NCBI GenBank assembly: GCA_963804995.1
Contig: CAWDSK010000006.1
Coordinates: 928,001-992,000 of the forward strand
DNA: 64,000 nt
Source of the DNA: an uncultured Acidobacteriota bacterium
GTDB lineage: Bacteria; Acidobacteriota; Terriglobia; UBA7540
Reading direction: 5' to 3'
Shown: positions 8,555 to 18,765 of the stretch, in pieces
Layout: each line of letters begins with the position of its first letter
Numbering within the stretch: the first letter of the stretch is position 1
Translations under genes and position numbers: made by a program
Notes under the pieces: generated by a model
What the model saw: only the letters and a program-made list of their open reading frames with translations
The model's database searches: none
Told to the model about the DNA's origin: nothing

Positions 8555-9526
8555 TCAGACGTTGATGCGGACGATCTTCCACAGCATGGTCGCCCCGATC
8601 AGTTGCATGCAAGCGGCCATGGCAAGCATATACTGTCCCCACCGGTCAGTGAACAGCACGTTGATGTATTCGGGATTGACTACCTTGAGGACCACCAGCA
8701 TGAAGATGGGCAACGCAATCAGGATTCCCGCGGTAAGTCGACCTTGGGCGGTCCGAACCCTCACCTCACCCCCAATTCGAAACCTCTCCCGAATAACATG
8801 CGACAGATTGTCCAGAATTTCTGCCAGGTTTCCTCCCGTTTCCTTCTGAACCAGAAGCGCAATCACAAAGAACCGCACGTCCACCAAGGGCACTCGTTCA
8901 CACAGATTCAGAAGCGCGTCACGGAGCGGCAAACCGAAGCGCTGTTCGTCAAACGTGGTGCGAAACTCTCCAGCGACCGGTTCCGCCAAATCCGTGGACA
9001 CGATTTCCAGTCCCGCCGTGAAGGAGTGCCCGGCGCGCACCGAACGAGACAGTAAATCGATAACTTCGGGGAATTGTCTTTCGAAAGCTTTCAACCTTTG
9101 CGAACGCTTAACGGCGATGTAACCCAGGGGAGCGAGGGCAACAGGGATGGCAACCAGTAACGCCAATAAGGGGTTGCTGTAGGCAATGTCGGTGACTTCG
9201 TAGGCCAAACCTCCCAGCACCCCACAGGTCAGCACCATTGTGCCTGGCCTCACCCGCATGCCCGCTTGGGAAATAAGGCCGCGGAGATGCGTCACCCACC
9301 CCCAGCGCAGAAGGAAGCGGTTCAGCGTGGGGATGCTACTGAGGAGTTCGTCACGGATCAACTGCGCGCCTGCTAAGGAGGCCTTGCCAAAAGCCGTACC
9401 CTTTTCGATGGCTTCGAGGCGTCCTTGCACAATGTTCCCTGGCCGGGCACCCCCCGCCAACAGAACAACTATCAGCAGGGCACCAAGAACCATGAAGAAG
9501 ATTAGACCCACCAAGAGCAATTGCAT
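8555..9526 (-). CDS. tadB: Tad pilus platform protein TadB
   Basis: FPEVIDLLSRSVRAGHS, QKETGGNLAEIL, TAQGR. Likely start is ATG 9526 (MQLLL). Confidence 0.92.
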   Translation of the reverse strand: MQLLLVGLIFFMVLGALLIVVLLAGGARPGNIVQGRLEAIEKGTAFGKASLAGAQLIRDELLSSIPTLNRFLLRWGWVTHLRGLISQAGMRVRPGTMVLTCGVLGGLAYEVTDIAYSNPLLALLVAIPVALAPLGYIAVKRSQRLKAFERQFPEVIDLLSRSVRAGHSFTAGLEIVSTDLAEPVAGEFRTTFDEQRFGLPLRDALLNLCERVPLVDVRFFVIALLVQKETGGNLAEILDNLSHVIRERFRIGGEVRVRTAQGRLTAGILIALPIFMLVVLKVVNPEYINVLFTDRWGQYMLAMAACMQLIGATMLWKIVRINV

Positions 9527-9536
9527 CTTGTCATCC

Positions 9537-10832
9537 TTAGCTTTGATGGTGCCGGGGGGGTTCAAACATCGACACAGGCAAATTGACACCGGAGGCCACC
9601 AGTCGTTCTGTGAGCCGGGGTCGAATCCCGGTGGCAACAAACTCTCCCAAGACGGCGCCATTTTCTGCGAGGCCTATTTTCTTCCATCCGAAGATTTCCT
9701 GCATACTAATAACGTCGCCTTCCAGCCCGGTGATCTCCGAGATACTCACTACCTTGCGAGTGCCGTCACTCAAGCGGCTGACCTGCACGACCACGTCGAT
9801 GGCGGAGGCAATCTGGCGGCGCGTGGCCACCTCCGGCAGGTGCAAATTGGACATCGCCACCATGGTCTCCAAGCGTCCCAGAGCATCGCGAGCGGAGTTG
9901 GCGTGGATGGTGGTGAGGGAGCCGTCATGACCCGTATTCATCGCCTGGAGCATGTCGAGCGATTCCTCGCCCCGCACCTCACCCACGATGATTCGGTCGG
10001 GGCGCATCCGCAAGCTGTTAATCACGAGCTGCCTTTGCATGACCGCGCCCTTCCCCTCGATGTTGGGAGGACGCGTCTCCAGCCGCACCACGTGGTCCTG
10101 ATGAAGCTGCAATTCCGCCGCATCTTCAATGGAGATGATGCGCTCGCGATTCGAAATGAATGACGAGAGAACATTCAAGAGGGTCGTCTTTCCCGCCCCG
10201 GTGCCTCCCGAAATCAAAATGTTCAAGCGCGCGTAGACACTGCCGCGGAGCAGCGCCAGCATCCCGGAAGTGAGGGACTGAAAGCGCAGCAGATCATCCA
10301 CCGTCAAGGGGTCCCGCCCGAAACGGCGAATCGACAAGCAAGGCCCATCAATGGCCAGGGGGGGGATGATAGCGTTCACACGCGAGCCGTCGGCGAGCCG
10401 GGCGTCCACCATGGGCGAGGATTCATCCACCCTGCGTCCCACGGCGGAGACAATGCGGTCAATGATGGCGAGCAAGTGAGCTTCATCGCGAAATTGCACC
10501 GCGGTCCGTTCCAGCAACCCCTTTCGCTCCACATACACGCTCTTGTGCGAATTCACCAGGATATCGGAGATCGACGGATCCTTCAGCAGGGGTTCCAGAG
10601 GCCCGAGCCCGAACACCTCGTCGAGAACTTCCTGTGCGAGACGCTCTCTTTCCTGGAGCGTCATCGGGGTGTTCTCGGCGGTGGCCAAGCTTTCGACGAT
10701 TTGGCCCACCTCGGCGCGTACGGTGTCGCGGCCCAACTGGGTCACGCGATCCAAATTGAGCTTTTGGATCAACCGGCGGTGAATTGCCGCTTTCACCCTC
10801 CCGAAATCAGCTTGTTCTACCTGACGATCCAC
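9537..10832 (-). CDS. cpaF: Tad pilus assembly ATPase CpaF/TadA
   Basis: Walker [41 protein letters not shown]. Confidence 0.96.
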   Translation of the reverse strand: MDRQVEQADFGRVKAAIHRRLIQKLNLDRVTQLGRDTVRAEVGQIVESLATAENTPMTLQERERLAQEVLDEVFGLGPLEPLLKDPSISDILVNSHKSVYVERKGLLERTAVQFRDEAHLLAIIDRIVSAVGRRVDESSPMVDARLADGSRVNAIIPPLAIDGPCLSIRRFGRDPLTVDDLLRFQSLTSGMLALLRGSVYARLNILISGGTGAGKTTLLNVLSSFISNRERIISIEDAAELQLHQDHVVRLETRPPNIEGKGAVMQRQLVINSLRMRPDRIIVGEVRGEESLDMLQAMNTGHDGSLTTIHANSARDALGRLETMVAMSNLHLPEVATRRQIASAIDVVVQVSRLSDGTRKVVSISEITGLEGDVISMQEIFGWKKIGLAENGAVLGEFVATGIRPRLTERLVASGVNLPVSMFEPPRHHQS

Positions 10833-10844
10833 TTGCTGCTCCTT

Positions 10845-12017
10845 TTATCTCTTCGAACCAAACAAGCTGAGGAATGCGCCGCGCTTTTCCTCAGAGGTCC
10901 GCTGGGCGCCCGCAATCTCCTCTGCCATGTTGCGGAACCGCTGCACTAATTGATCATTGTGATCACTGGAGATCGCCGTCCCCATGTTCACCGCCTTGCT
11001 TACCTGCCGGAAGTCATTCGGCAAACGCGCAAAAATGGGATACTTGACGCGCTTCTCAAAAGCCACCAGGGGTTCTTCGTCAGCACGGTGCCAGCGATTG
11101 ATGACAATCCGAAAGCGGCCCACGTCGAGGCCCAAGGAGCGAAGCAACGTGAGGTGGCGCTCCAGGCTCCATAAGCTGGGGACGTTGGTCTCCGCTACCA
11201 GGACGATGACCTTTGCCAGGCGCAGAACCGGCGCCCACTCTGACGAGCAACGGGTGCCCAGATCGGCCACCACAAAATCAAAACTGCTCTGCGCCACATT
11301 GATCACGCGGGCCAGGGCCAGCGGTGAGATTCGGTCCCATTCGTCCGCATGCGTAGCCCCGGCCATGACCTGGGCTCCACTCTTATGGACGGCCAGCAAG
11401 CCGCTCAGCAGATGGCTGTCGAGCCGGTCGATACTTTCCACTGCAGCCCGGAACGAAAAACGTGTCTCCAAGTCCAAGAGTAGCGCCGCATGACCCAAGG
11501 ACTGTGCAAAATCAAACAGCACGGTCCGTTTTCCGAGGGAGCGGGCGAACTGGACCGCCAGATTCACTGCCACCGTCGTGGTGCCTACACCGCCCTTCGA
11601 TCCGATGGTAACCACCAGCTTTTCAACTTCCGCCGCCGGCATGCCACGCTGCTGAATCAGCCGCTCCAGCAACTCGCGGAGGACCATAGGGTCGACCGGT
11701 TGGGGGAGAAACTCGCGTACTCCGCTGCGCATGGCTTGCATCAACAAGTCGGAGCCGGGATCTTGAAACGCCGAGCAGGCAATGATACAGGCCGCAGGAT
11801 TCAAGCGGTTCAGTCGCGAGGCAAAATTCAAGGGGGGATTGGGGTCACGTCCAACCTCCACCATGACCACATCCGGAACGGCAGCGCGTGAGGTTGGGCC
11901 CTCGCCCGCCATCAGGTCCCATTGCGCGATGGGCTCCACCAACCCCGTCTGCTGGAGCATGGCCAGCAGGGAGGAACTAGCCTTTGTATCCAAGCTCACC
12001 ACTCCAACGGTCAACAT
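10845..12017 (-). CDS. cpaE: CpaE/TadZ pilus localisation protein (receiver-like domain plus MinD-type ATPase)
   Basis: AMRSGVREFL, KGGVGTTTVAVNLA; position in the operon. Confidence 0.9.
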   Translation of the reverse strand: MLTVGVVSLDTKASSSLLAMLQQTGLVEPIAQWDLMAGEGPTSRAAVPDVVMVEVGRDPNPPLNFASRLNRLNPAACIIACSAFQDPGSDLLMQAMRSGVREFLPQPVDPMVLRELLERLIQQRGMPAAEVEKLVVTIGSKGGVGTTTVAVNLAVQFARSLGKRTVLFDFAQSLGHAALLLDLETRFSFRAAVESIDRLDSHLLSGLLAVHKSGAQVMAGATHADEWDRISPLALARVINVAQSSFDFVVADLGTRCSSEWAPVLRLAKVIVLVAETNVPSLWSLERHLTLLRSLGLDVGRFRIVINRWHRADEEPLVAFEKRVKYPIFARLPNDFRQVSKAVNMGTAISSDHNDQLVQRFRNMAEEIAGAQRTSEEKRGAFLSLFGSKR

Positions 12018-12074
12018 ACTCCGAACCCTTTCATGCCTTGAGGAGCTTCTGCCTTAAGTTGAATCACGTCACCT

Positions 12075-13547
12075 CTATTTCGCACCCTTGGGTTTTTCTT
12101 TCTCCCGCGGCAGGGGGGGAAGGAAGCTGTCCGGGAACTGCGGGGGCGGGGGGGGTGCTGGAGTTGCCGCCACGTTTATAATGTGCGGGGTCACCATCAC
12201 CAGAAGCTCATCCTGGCTCTTGCTTATCGAACGACTCTTGAAGAGCTGCCCAAGAATGGGTATATCACCCAGGCCGGGGATTTTCGAAAATTGTTCCGTG
12301 ACTTGGTTGTTCATCAAACCAGCGATCACAAAGCTCTGTCCGTCCCTCAAGATCATTTGCGACTCCACGCGCCGGGACGTAACGGAGGGAATCGTGAATC
12401 CTTGAATGGTGAGTGCGTTGGTAAAGTCCAAGGAACTCACCTCCGGAGCTACCTTGAGGTGGACCAATCCGTCCGGAGTTATCATCGGGGTGAAAACCAA
12501 CTTCACTCCAAACTCCCGAAATTGGATGGTGACCACCGGCACGCCACCCGTCGCCCCCTGAACCACTGGAAACGGAAACTGGCCACCCGCCAGGAAGCTG
12601 GCCTCCTTGCCCGTCTCCGCCAGGACGTTCGGCTCAGCTAGGATTTGCAGAAGATTCTTCTCCTGCAGCGCCTGGATGACCGCACCAAAGTTAATGTCGG
12701 GGCGAAAGTAAAAGATATTCAACAACTGACCGAGGGTGACTGGAACCCCCGCCGCACTGACTGCGGTGGTGGTCGTGGTGGTCTGGCCCACCCCGACGGT
12801 TTGTCCGGTCTGAAGCGCAGGAGGCGAAAACTGCCCCGTACTCGTCGTAACAACGTTTTTCGATGGAGAGGTGCTCAGAAGGTTGGTACCAAATTGCCTT
12901 AAGATGGACCGGTCCACGTCCGCGAACTTAACCTCCAGCAATACCTCCCCAGTGGTAGGGGCGATTGGCACATCCAAAAGGCTCACCACTTGGTCCTTGC
13001 GGGGAACCATGGCCTGGGCGATAGCAACTACCCGATCCGCCACGACTTGGGAGGAGACCCGCCCTGAAAGCGTTACCAATCCCCCGCTCGCTTCCACCCG
13101 AATGGGTTCGTTAGGCAAGACCTGGTGGATTCTTGCCGCCATCTCGCCCACATCCAGGTCAATGAAAACATCAAAGGTCTGGCTCTGCCCGGATTCATCC
13201 CAGATCACCAGTGAAGCCGCGCCGGGCCCCTTACCGGTGATAAGAATCTGATTGGGATTCACCGCCAGGGCGTCCACTACGGCAGGGTCCGCCAGTGAAA
13301 CGCGCGTAATACGCGCCGGAGAGGTAATTACCAGGGATCGTCCGGCAAGCAAATGCAGAGCTTCTGCGGAGGGGTTGGCCGGGGTTTGCTGCGCCGCCGG
13401 GGCGCTCGCTTGGGCCGCTGACACGACACCGCGCCGTGGTCCCAAACCAACCAGCGTCAGCAGAATGGATGCCAGCGGCACTGCCGCCAGCATCAGCCAA
13501 ATGCTTCTGGTCTTTGACACGTTCATGGGGCCGCCTAATATTTGCAT
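12075..13547 (-). CDS. cpaC: Tad secretin CpaC/RcpA with BON domain
   Basis: LAEPN, ASFLAGGQFPFP, EFGVKLVFTP, IPGLGDIPILGQLFKS. Confidence 0.93.
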   Translation of the reverse strand: MQILGGPMNVSKTRSIWLMLAAVPLASILLTLVGLGPRRGVVSAAQASAPAAQQTPANPSAEALHLLAGRSLVITSPARITRVSLADPAVVDALAVNPNQILITGKGPGAASLVIWDESGQSQTFDVFIDLDVGEMAARIHQVLPNEPIRVEASGGLVTLSGRVSSQVVADRVVAIAQAMVPRKDQVVSLLDVPIAPTTGEVLLEVKFADVDRSILRQFGTNLLSTSPSKNVVTTSTGQFSPPALQTGQTVGVGQTTTTTTAVSAAGVPVTLGQLLNIFYFRPDINFGAVIQALQEKNLLQILAEPNVLAETGKEASFLAGGQFPFPVVQGATGGVPVVTIQFREFGVKLVFTPMITPDGLVHLKVAPEVSSLDFTNALTIQGFTIPSVTSRRVESQMILRDGQSFVIAGLMNNQVTEQFSKIPGLGDIPILGQLFKSRSISKSQDELLVMVTPHIINVAATPAPPPPPQFPDSFLPPLPREKEKPKGAK

Positions 13548-14375
13548 TTAGTTGGGAAATGACTGAACGTCAACTTTGCCCCCCCGGATAACTTGTACCG
13601 GCCACTGAGGCGGCGGAGCGGGCGCCTGCTGCTGCACAACTTTCGTCACCACCTTGCGAGGCGCCTCTACGGGAGCCGAACCCGCGAAGAGAGCATTGCC
13701 ATAAGCCGGAGGCGGATTCACGTCTGCCGTGTCAGTTGTATTGCGCAGCATCAAGTGGATCCTGCCATTGGCCGAAGCCAGTGTCAGCTTCTCAGCCTGC
13801 TCCGGTGTCACCAACAAGGTCACCACCGGAACCGTCTGCGGCTTGCCGTTAGCGTCTGGTTGCACCTGCTGGCCTGCCGCCAGCACTGGAATGTGCTCGA
13901 GGATGGTGCGGGTCACAAACCCTCCCGGCCCTGTACCCGTCACCATGACATCCACGATCGTGCTCGGCGTTACGAAGCCCGCCACCGCCACCACGTCATC
14001 AACTCCCACGGACACGGCCCGCATACCCGGCGGAATGGCCACTTCGAGGCCTGCTCCACCCTCCCGTGGCTCCAGCTTTTGTTCCAGGATGTCTTCATTC
14101 TCCACCAGGGGGGTTATCACGGCCCGGCCGATGCAATCTTCTTTCCGCGAAAAGCTTCCCTTCGGCATTTGAGCCGACGGCCAGTCCACCACCTTCAGAT
14201 CTTCGGGCCCCAGACGTTGGCCTAGCTTCAGAGGAGCCGCTGCCACCACCACCTGGGTCCTCCTGATCTCGCCCCCCTTCTGGGCCTGTTGGAGCTGCGT
14301 ATAAACATAGCGGCTGGCCAGGAACGCCACCACAAGTGCCAAGCCCAACCCCAGCAACATTCGGTCTCTATTCAT
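13548..14375 (-). CDS. cpaB: Flp pilus assembly protein CpaB (SAF domain)
   Basis: VVVAAAPL, GMRAVSV, VAGFVTP..VDV, VTLLVTPEQAEKL. Confidence 0.93.
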   Translation of the reverse strand: MNRDRMLLGLGLALVVAFLASRYVYTQLQQAQKGGEIRRTQVVVAAAPLKLGQRLGPEDLKVVDWPSAQMPKGSFSRKEDCIGRAVITPLVENEDILEQKLEPREGGAGLEVAIPPGMRAVSVGVDDVVAVAGFVTPSTIVDVMVTGTGPGGFVTRTILEHIPVLAAGQQVQPDANGKPQTVPVVTLLVTPEQAEKLTLASANGRIHLMLRNTTDTADVNPPPAYGNALFAGSAPVEAPRKVVTKVVQQQAPAPPPQWPVQVIRGGKVDVQSFPN

Positions 14376-14379
14376 GCTT

Positions 14380-14943
14380 TCATCCCAGTTTTGTGAATAA
14401 CCGAATTACGGATAGTCCCGCGAATAATAAGCCCGTTGCGAGCGCCGCCGCCACACCAAATGGAATCTTCAATAACCCCGGATTGTCCAGTGTGATCGCG
14501 CGAGCGTTGCCAACCTGAAAAGTAGAATACGCGACGAAGAGCACCCAGAGATTGGAAAGAGTTTCTCGCACTTTCCCCTGCCGCACGATCTCCACCACGG
14601 ACATCAAACCTGCAATCAGGACCGAGCCTAGGAGCACTACGATCATTCTCTGCGGCCCCAAAAAAGCCCCCAGCGCCCCCATCAATTTCCAATCACCCGC
14701 GCCCAAACCACGCATCACGACGAACGGTAGCAGCAACCCGAGGCTAATACCCGCACCTTCCAGGGCAACCTTAGCCCCCGGCCATCCGCCCAAGGCCCCC
14801 CGCAGAAACACGCCTACTAGCAGTGCAGGAACGGTGAGGCGGTTGGGGATTTTTCGTGAACGCCAATCAATCCAACCTGCCCACCCGGCCAAAGCCATCG
14901 CACTCACCGAAATTACAACCTCTTTCCACAAACTGCCAACCAC
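14380..14943 (-). CDS. cpaA: A24 family prepilin peptidase CpaA/TadV
   Basis: DWRSRKIPN, GLGAGDWKL, IPFGVA. Confidence 0.92.
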   Translation of the reverse strand: MVGSLWKEVVISVSAMALAGWAGWIDWRSRKIPNRLTVPALLVGVFLRGALGGWPGAKVALEGAGISLGLLLPFVVMRGLGAGDWKLMGALGAFLGPQRMIVVLLGSVLIAGLMSVVEIVRQGKVRETLSNLWVLFVAYSTFQVGNARAITLDNPGLLKIPFGVAAALATGLLFAGLSVIRLFTKLG

Positions 14944-15403
14944 CTTGTCTCCGCCATGCCCTCCAGCTCACCCCCGGTTTCCCCGCGTAACACCGCCGGG
15001 ATCACTACGGAGGTCGTCCCTGCAGAGCAAGGCATCCACCCTCACCCTACCGGGAGCTGGCGATTTCCCGACTGATTCCGTGCCGCCAGCAACCGAATCT
15101 CATGAGCGCCTAATATTTAGGCAAAAACTAATGAGAAAGCTGCCGTGACAATCAGAAGCTCCACTACATCTCACTGCATCGAACTCAACCCGGCTGCACG
15201 AGTGAGCGCATGACCAAAGCGGCAAATGGAGTCCCCGCAGGTTGCGCGCGCCGGCCCGGCGTGTGCTTCTAGGCCTGCCGCCTCAGCGGCTTCATAAGAA
15301 TCCGCTGAGCACCGCTTGCCCCCCGCGGTCAAGCCTAAATTGGCGCCCCTTAATGCGAGCAACCAGTTTGCGGAGGGCATGCAGTGGCTTCGGGGACAGC
15401 ACA

Positions 15404-15577
15404 CTAACTCGTCCCCGTCAAGCTAGTCGAGGCGCTTTGAAAAATGGCGCTGATTGCGCTGGCCACTGTCTTCATCGAGACAATTGCGGCAAGGGCAATC
15501 AAGGTTACGAGCAAAGCGTATTCCACAAGGTCCTGGCCTTCTTCATCCCGCCAGAGTCGATTCAAGAGATTTTGCAT
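15404..15577 (-). CDS. flp: Flp family type IVc pilin, 57 aa (not in ORF track)
   Basis: GGAGG RBS; MQNLLNRLWRDEEG|QDLVEYALLVTLIALAAIVSMKTVASAISAIFQSASTSLTGTS carries the G-x4-EY Flp motif. Confidence 0.93.
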   Translation of the reverse strand: MQNLLNRLWRDEEGQDLVEYALLVTLIALAAIVSMKTVASAISAIFQSASTSLTGTS

Positions 15578-15769
15578 TCGCCTGTTCCTCCAAAGGGTTA
15601 ACGTTCTGCAACCACTTCACGGTAGCTTGGTATTCGATATATTCAGCTTGGCTGCCAAACTCTCACCGCGCCTGCATACATCAAATCGAACTGTAGTTAA
15701 AGGGGTTGTTGCCAGACTTTTCACGCACAGTCATATTATCTAACTGCGGTTTCGTTCTGTCGCCAGCTC

Positions 15770-15798
15770 ATACTGACAGGTAAACAACCTTCTGTCAA
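15770..15798 (-). promoter_or_regulatory. Putative flp promoter overlapped by inverted repeat TGACAG-N12-CTGTCA
   Basis: Minus strand TTGACA-N17-CAGTAT; palindrome at 15774-15797. Confidence 0.35.
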
Positions 15799-16221
15799 GT
15801 GCTCAATTCACCGGCGCGCAAGTGAATTTAGGCTACCTTCAGCCAATCCGTCCTATTTCGAGACGGCAGCATCTTACCATAGCTTCTATTATATTTACAG
15901 CGGGTTTAATGTGGTTTATGGCTTTAGCAATGCTAAGGGAGATATTCAGCCCACCAAGTCAGACCGACTCCTGAAGGCACCGAAGTGTGGATATACTATC
16001 CGTTTCTGAGAATTGCATGTCGGCGTACCTAAAGACCTCCGGATGGTGGGCTTGCATAACCGGGGCAGCCTCCCTTAGTATTCGATTGTTGTCATGGGAG
16101 CGGATGAAACAACCTGACTATGCTTTCGCCCACCGACGGGCTGTCTTGTGCAGCGGCGCCTCGAACATGCAAGCGAAAACAATAATCGCAAGAGGGTAAG
16201 AAGGACTGAGGAACACGCGTC

Positions 16222-17031
16222 GTGCTAAATGGAAAGAGAATCTTCGTCGTGATGCCAGCCTATAACGCCGCCCGGACGTTGCGCCAAACCTGTGCCGAAC
16301 TACCTCGGGAGATTGTGGACGAAGTGCTGTTGGTTGACGACCACAGTTCTGACTCAACCGTGGAGTTGGCGCGCGAGCTAGGCCTGACCACCTTCCTGCA
16401 TCACCGCAATCTTGGCTACGGCCGCAACCAGAAAACCTGTTACCGTGAAGCCCTGCGACGGGGCGCCGACCTGGTGGTGATGCTCCACCCCGATTACCAG
16501 TATTCTCCCAAGCTCGTCACGGCCATGGCGAGCCTGATTGCCTATGGTGAGTACGATGCCGTGCTGGGTTCGCGGATTCTGGGCCGTGGAGCGTTGAGCG
16601 GCGGCATGCCTCTCTATAAGTACATTTCCAACCGCTTTTTGACCCTCTTCGAAAACCTCCTGCTCAACTACAAACTCTCTGAATACCACACCGGCTATCG
16701 GGCTTTTTCGAGCGAAGTCCTTAGGGCCTTGCCCCTGGAAGAAAATTCCGATGATTTTGTTTTTGACAACCAGATGTTGGCGCAGGTCATATACCTGCGC
16801 TATCGCATCGGAGAGGTGTCTTGCCCCACTAAATATTTCCCCGAGGCGTCTTCGATCAATTTCTCCCGGAGCGTCAAGTATGGGTTGGGGGTGATGGTGA
16901 CTTCCCTGGAGTTTCGGTTGCAGAGAATGGGCCTGGGGCGATTCCGGTTTCTCGATCCGAACGGTCGAAGATTGGTGGAGGACTATTACCTGGAGATAAA
17001 GGATTCCCACCCCCAGGAAAGTCACACCTAA
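16222..17031 (+). CDS. GT2 glycosyltransferase, DPM1-like (probable polyprenyl-phosphate sugar synthase)
   Basis: [43 protein letters not shown]. Confidence 0.9.
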   Translation: MLNGKRIFVVMPAYNAARTLRQTCAELPREIVDEVLLVDDHSSDSTVELARELGLTTFLHHRNLGYGRNQKTCYREALRRGADLVVMLHPDYQYSPKLVTAMASLIAYGEYDAVLGSRILGRGALSGGMPLYKYISNRFLTLFENLLLNYKLSEYHTGYRAFSSEVLRALPLEENSDDFVFDNQMLAQVIYLRYRIGEVSCPTKYFPEASSINFSRSVKYGLGVMVTSLEFRLQRMGLGRFRFLDPNGRRLVEDYYLEIKDSHPQESHT

Positions 17032-17280
17032 CACCGTTCCAACTTTTTGGGACACATCTGCGTAAGCCGATAGCGGGACGATGCGGTGCGAGGCATTAGC
17101 GTATTGCATTGCGACAATGAGTTGGAACGGCCCTAGCATTCGCAGTTCCGCATGAAATTCAGGGTTGATCTTGCTTTGGTGCTCGCGCCTCCCTTCCGAG
17201 GGCGGCTTGGCTAATCGGCGGCCGAGGCTCGCGGGTCGCCTGGTCAGGATCGTGGTGTTGACCGTGGGCGCGGAAGGGCG

Positions 17281-18765
17281 GTGCAGCCACGGGGATCCCT
17301 GGGAGAAAAATTAAACTTGCCTGAACTCAACGCCGCAAAGCGTGTGGTCATCATTGGCGCCGGCCCCGCGGGTCTAACGGCCGCACTGGAACTCTCGAAA
17401 CATGGCGTTCCGGTGGTGGTACTCGAATCCGACACGATGGTCGGCGGCCTGGCACGCACGGTTGATTATAAGGGCTACTTGTTCGACATCGGCGGGCACC
17501 GTTTCTTCACCAAATGGGAGGAGGTCAGCCGGATTTGGCGAGAGATCCTCGGCGAAAAGTTCCTGCTGCGTCCGCGGCTTTCGCGCATTTACTACCGCAA
17601 GAAATTCTTCTCCTATCCTTTGGACGCGAAAAACGCTCTCCTGGGGCTGGGGCTGATTGAAAGCCTCCGCATCATGGCGAGCTACGTTTACTCGCAGATT
17701 CATCCCTTCCCCAAGGAAGAAAACTTCGAGCAGTGGGTCTCGAATCGCTTCGGCCGGCGTCTCTACGAAATTTTCTTCAAAACCTACACGGAAAAAGTCT
17801 GGGGGGTGCCCTGCACGTCCCTGCGCGCCGAGTGGGCCGCACAGCGTATCCGGGGCTTGTCTTTAAGGACCATCGTTCTCAACGCGCTGTTCCCGCAGAA
17901 ACACCCCAAAGTGAAAACCCTGATCGATCGTTTCCATTACCCCGAGCGCGGCCCCGGTCAAATGTGGGAGACGCTGACCCAACGGCTGATGGCAGCGGGC
18001 CACCGCGTCCTGAGGGAGCGGCGGGTGGTTCGTATCTGCCACAGCCATGGCGTCGTCACACGCGTGATAACTTGCGGCACGAACGGCGAAGAGAGCTATG
18101 AGGGAACGCACTTCATCAGCTCGATGCCCATCCGGGATTTGATTAACGCGCTCGACCCGCCCCCGCCGGAAGCAATCTCCCAGGCAGCGCGCAATCTTCG
18201 TTATCGTGACTTCCTGATCGTCGGCTTGATTATCAACCGCAAGGAGGTCGTTCCGGACAATTGGATTTATATCCACGAGCCAAACGTCAGGGTGGGACGC
18301 ATTCAGAATTTCAAGAACTGGTCGCTCGCCATGGTTCCTGATCCTGACAAGACTTGCCTGGGCATGGAATACTTCGTGTTTGAGAACGACGAACTCTGGT
18401 CTAACTCCGATGAGGTCTTGATCAACCTGGCCCGGCGTGAGATTGTGCAGCTTGGGATCGTGAAAGAAGAAGAAATCGCTGACGGCACGGTGGTCCGGAT
18501 GCCCAAGGCCTACCCCATGTACGGTCCGGGATGGGCGGAACAGGTAGAACAAATCCGCGAGTACCTTCAGAGCAATCTGTCTAATTTGCAACTGGTCGGC
18601 CGTAACGGCATGCACAAGTACAACAATCAGGACCATTCGATGATGACGGCGCTGTGCGCTGCCCGGAACATTTTGGGGGCCAGCCACGATCTCTGGGCCA
18701 TCAATACCGAACCTGATTACCAGGAGGAAGGTGCCATCAAGCCTGCCGAGAAAGGAAGACGATGA
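17281..18765 (+). CDS. FAD-dependent oxidoreductase, UDP-galactopyranose mutase/protoporphyrinogen oxidase-like family
   Basis: GAGPAGL, GGLART, DIGGHRFF, YTEKVWG, PKAYP, GRNGMHKYNNQDHS. Confidence 0.8.
   Translation: MQPRGSLGEKLNLPELNAAKRVVIIGAGPAGLTAALELSKHGVPVVVLESDTMVGGLARTVDYKGYLFDIGGHRFFTKWEEVSRIWREILGEKFLLRPRLSRIYYRKKFFSYPLDAKNALLGLGLIESLRIMASYVYSQIHPFPKEENFEQWVSNRFGRRLYEIFFKTYTEKVWGVPCTSLRAEWAAQRIRGLSLRTIVLNALFPQKHPKVKTLIDRFHYPERGPGQMWETLTQRLMAAGHRVLRERRVVRICHSHGVVTRVITCGTNGEESYEGTHFISSMPIRDLINALDPPPPEAISQAARNLRYRDFLIVGLIINRKEVVPDNWIYIHEPNVRVGRIQNFKNWSLAMVPDPDKTCLGMEYFVFENDELWSNSDEVLINLARREIVQLGIVKEEEIADGTVVRMPKAYPMYGPGWAEQVEQIREYLQSNLSNLQLVGRNGMHKYNNQDHSMMTALCAARNILGASHDLWAINTEPDYQEEGAIKPAEKGRR

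Noticed and set aside
9527..9661. N-terminal extension of TadB in the ORF track
   Set aside because: Overlaps the cpaF 3' end; ATG 9526 has an RBS and gives a normal TadB.
14944..15403. Possible c-di-GMP riboswitch or second pilin between flp and cpaA
   Set aside because: No GEMM-type motif arrangement and no second G-x4-EY ORF recognised by eye.
15640..15720. Sigma54 promoter candidates upstream of flp (also near 46115 before the ATPase)
   Set aside because: TGGCA is present but the -12 GC is absent or mis-spaced.
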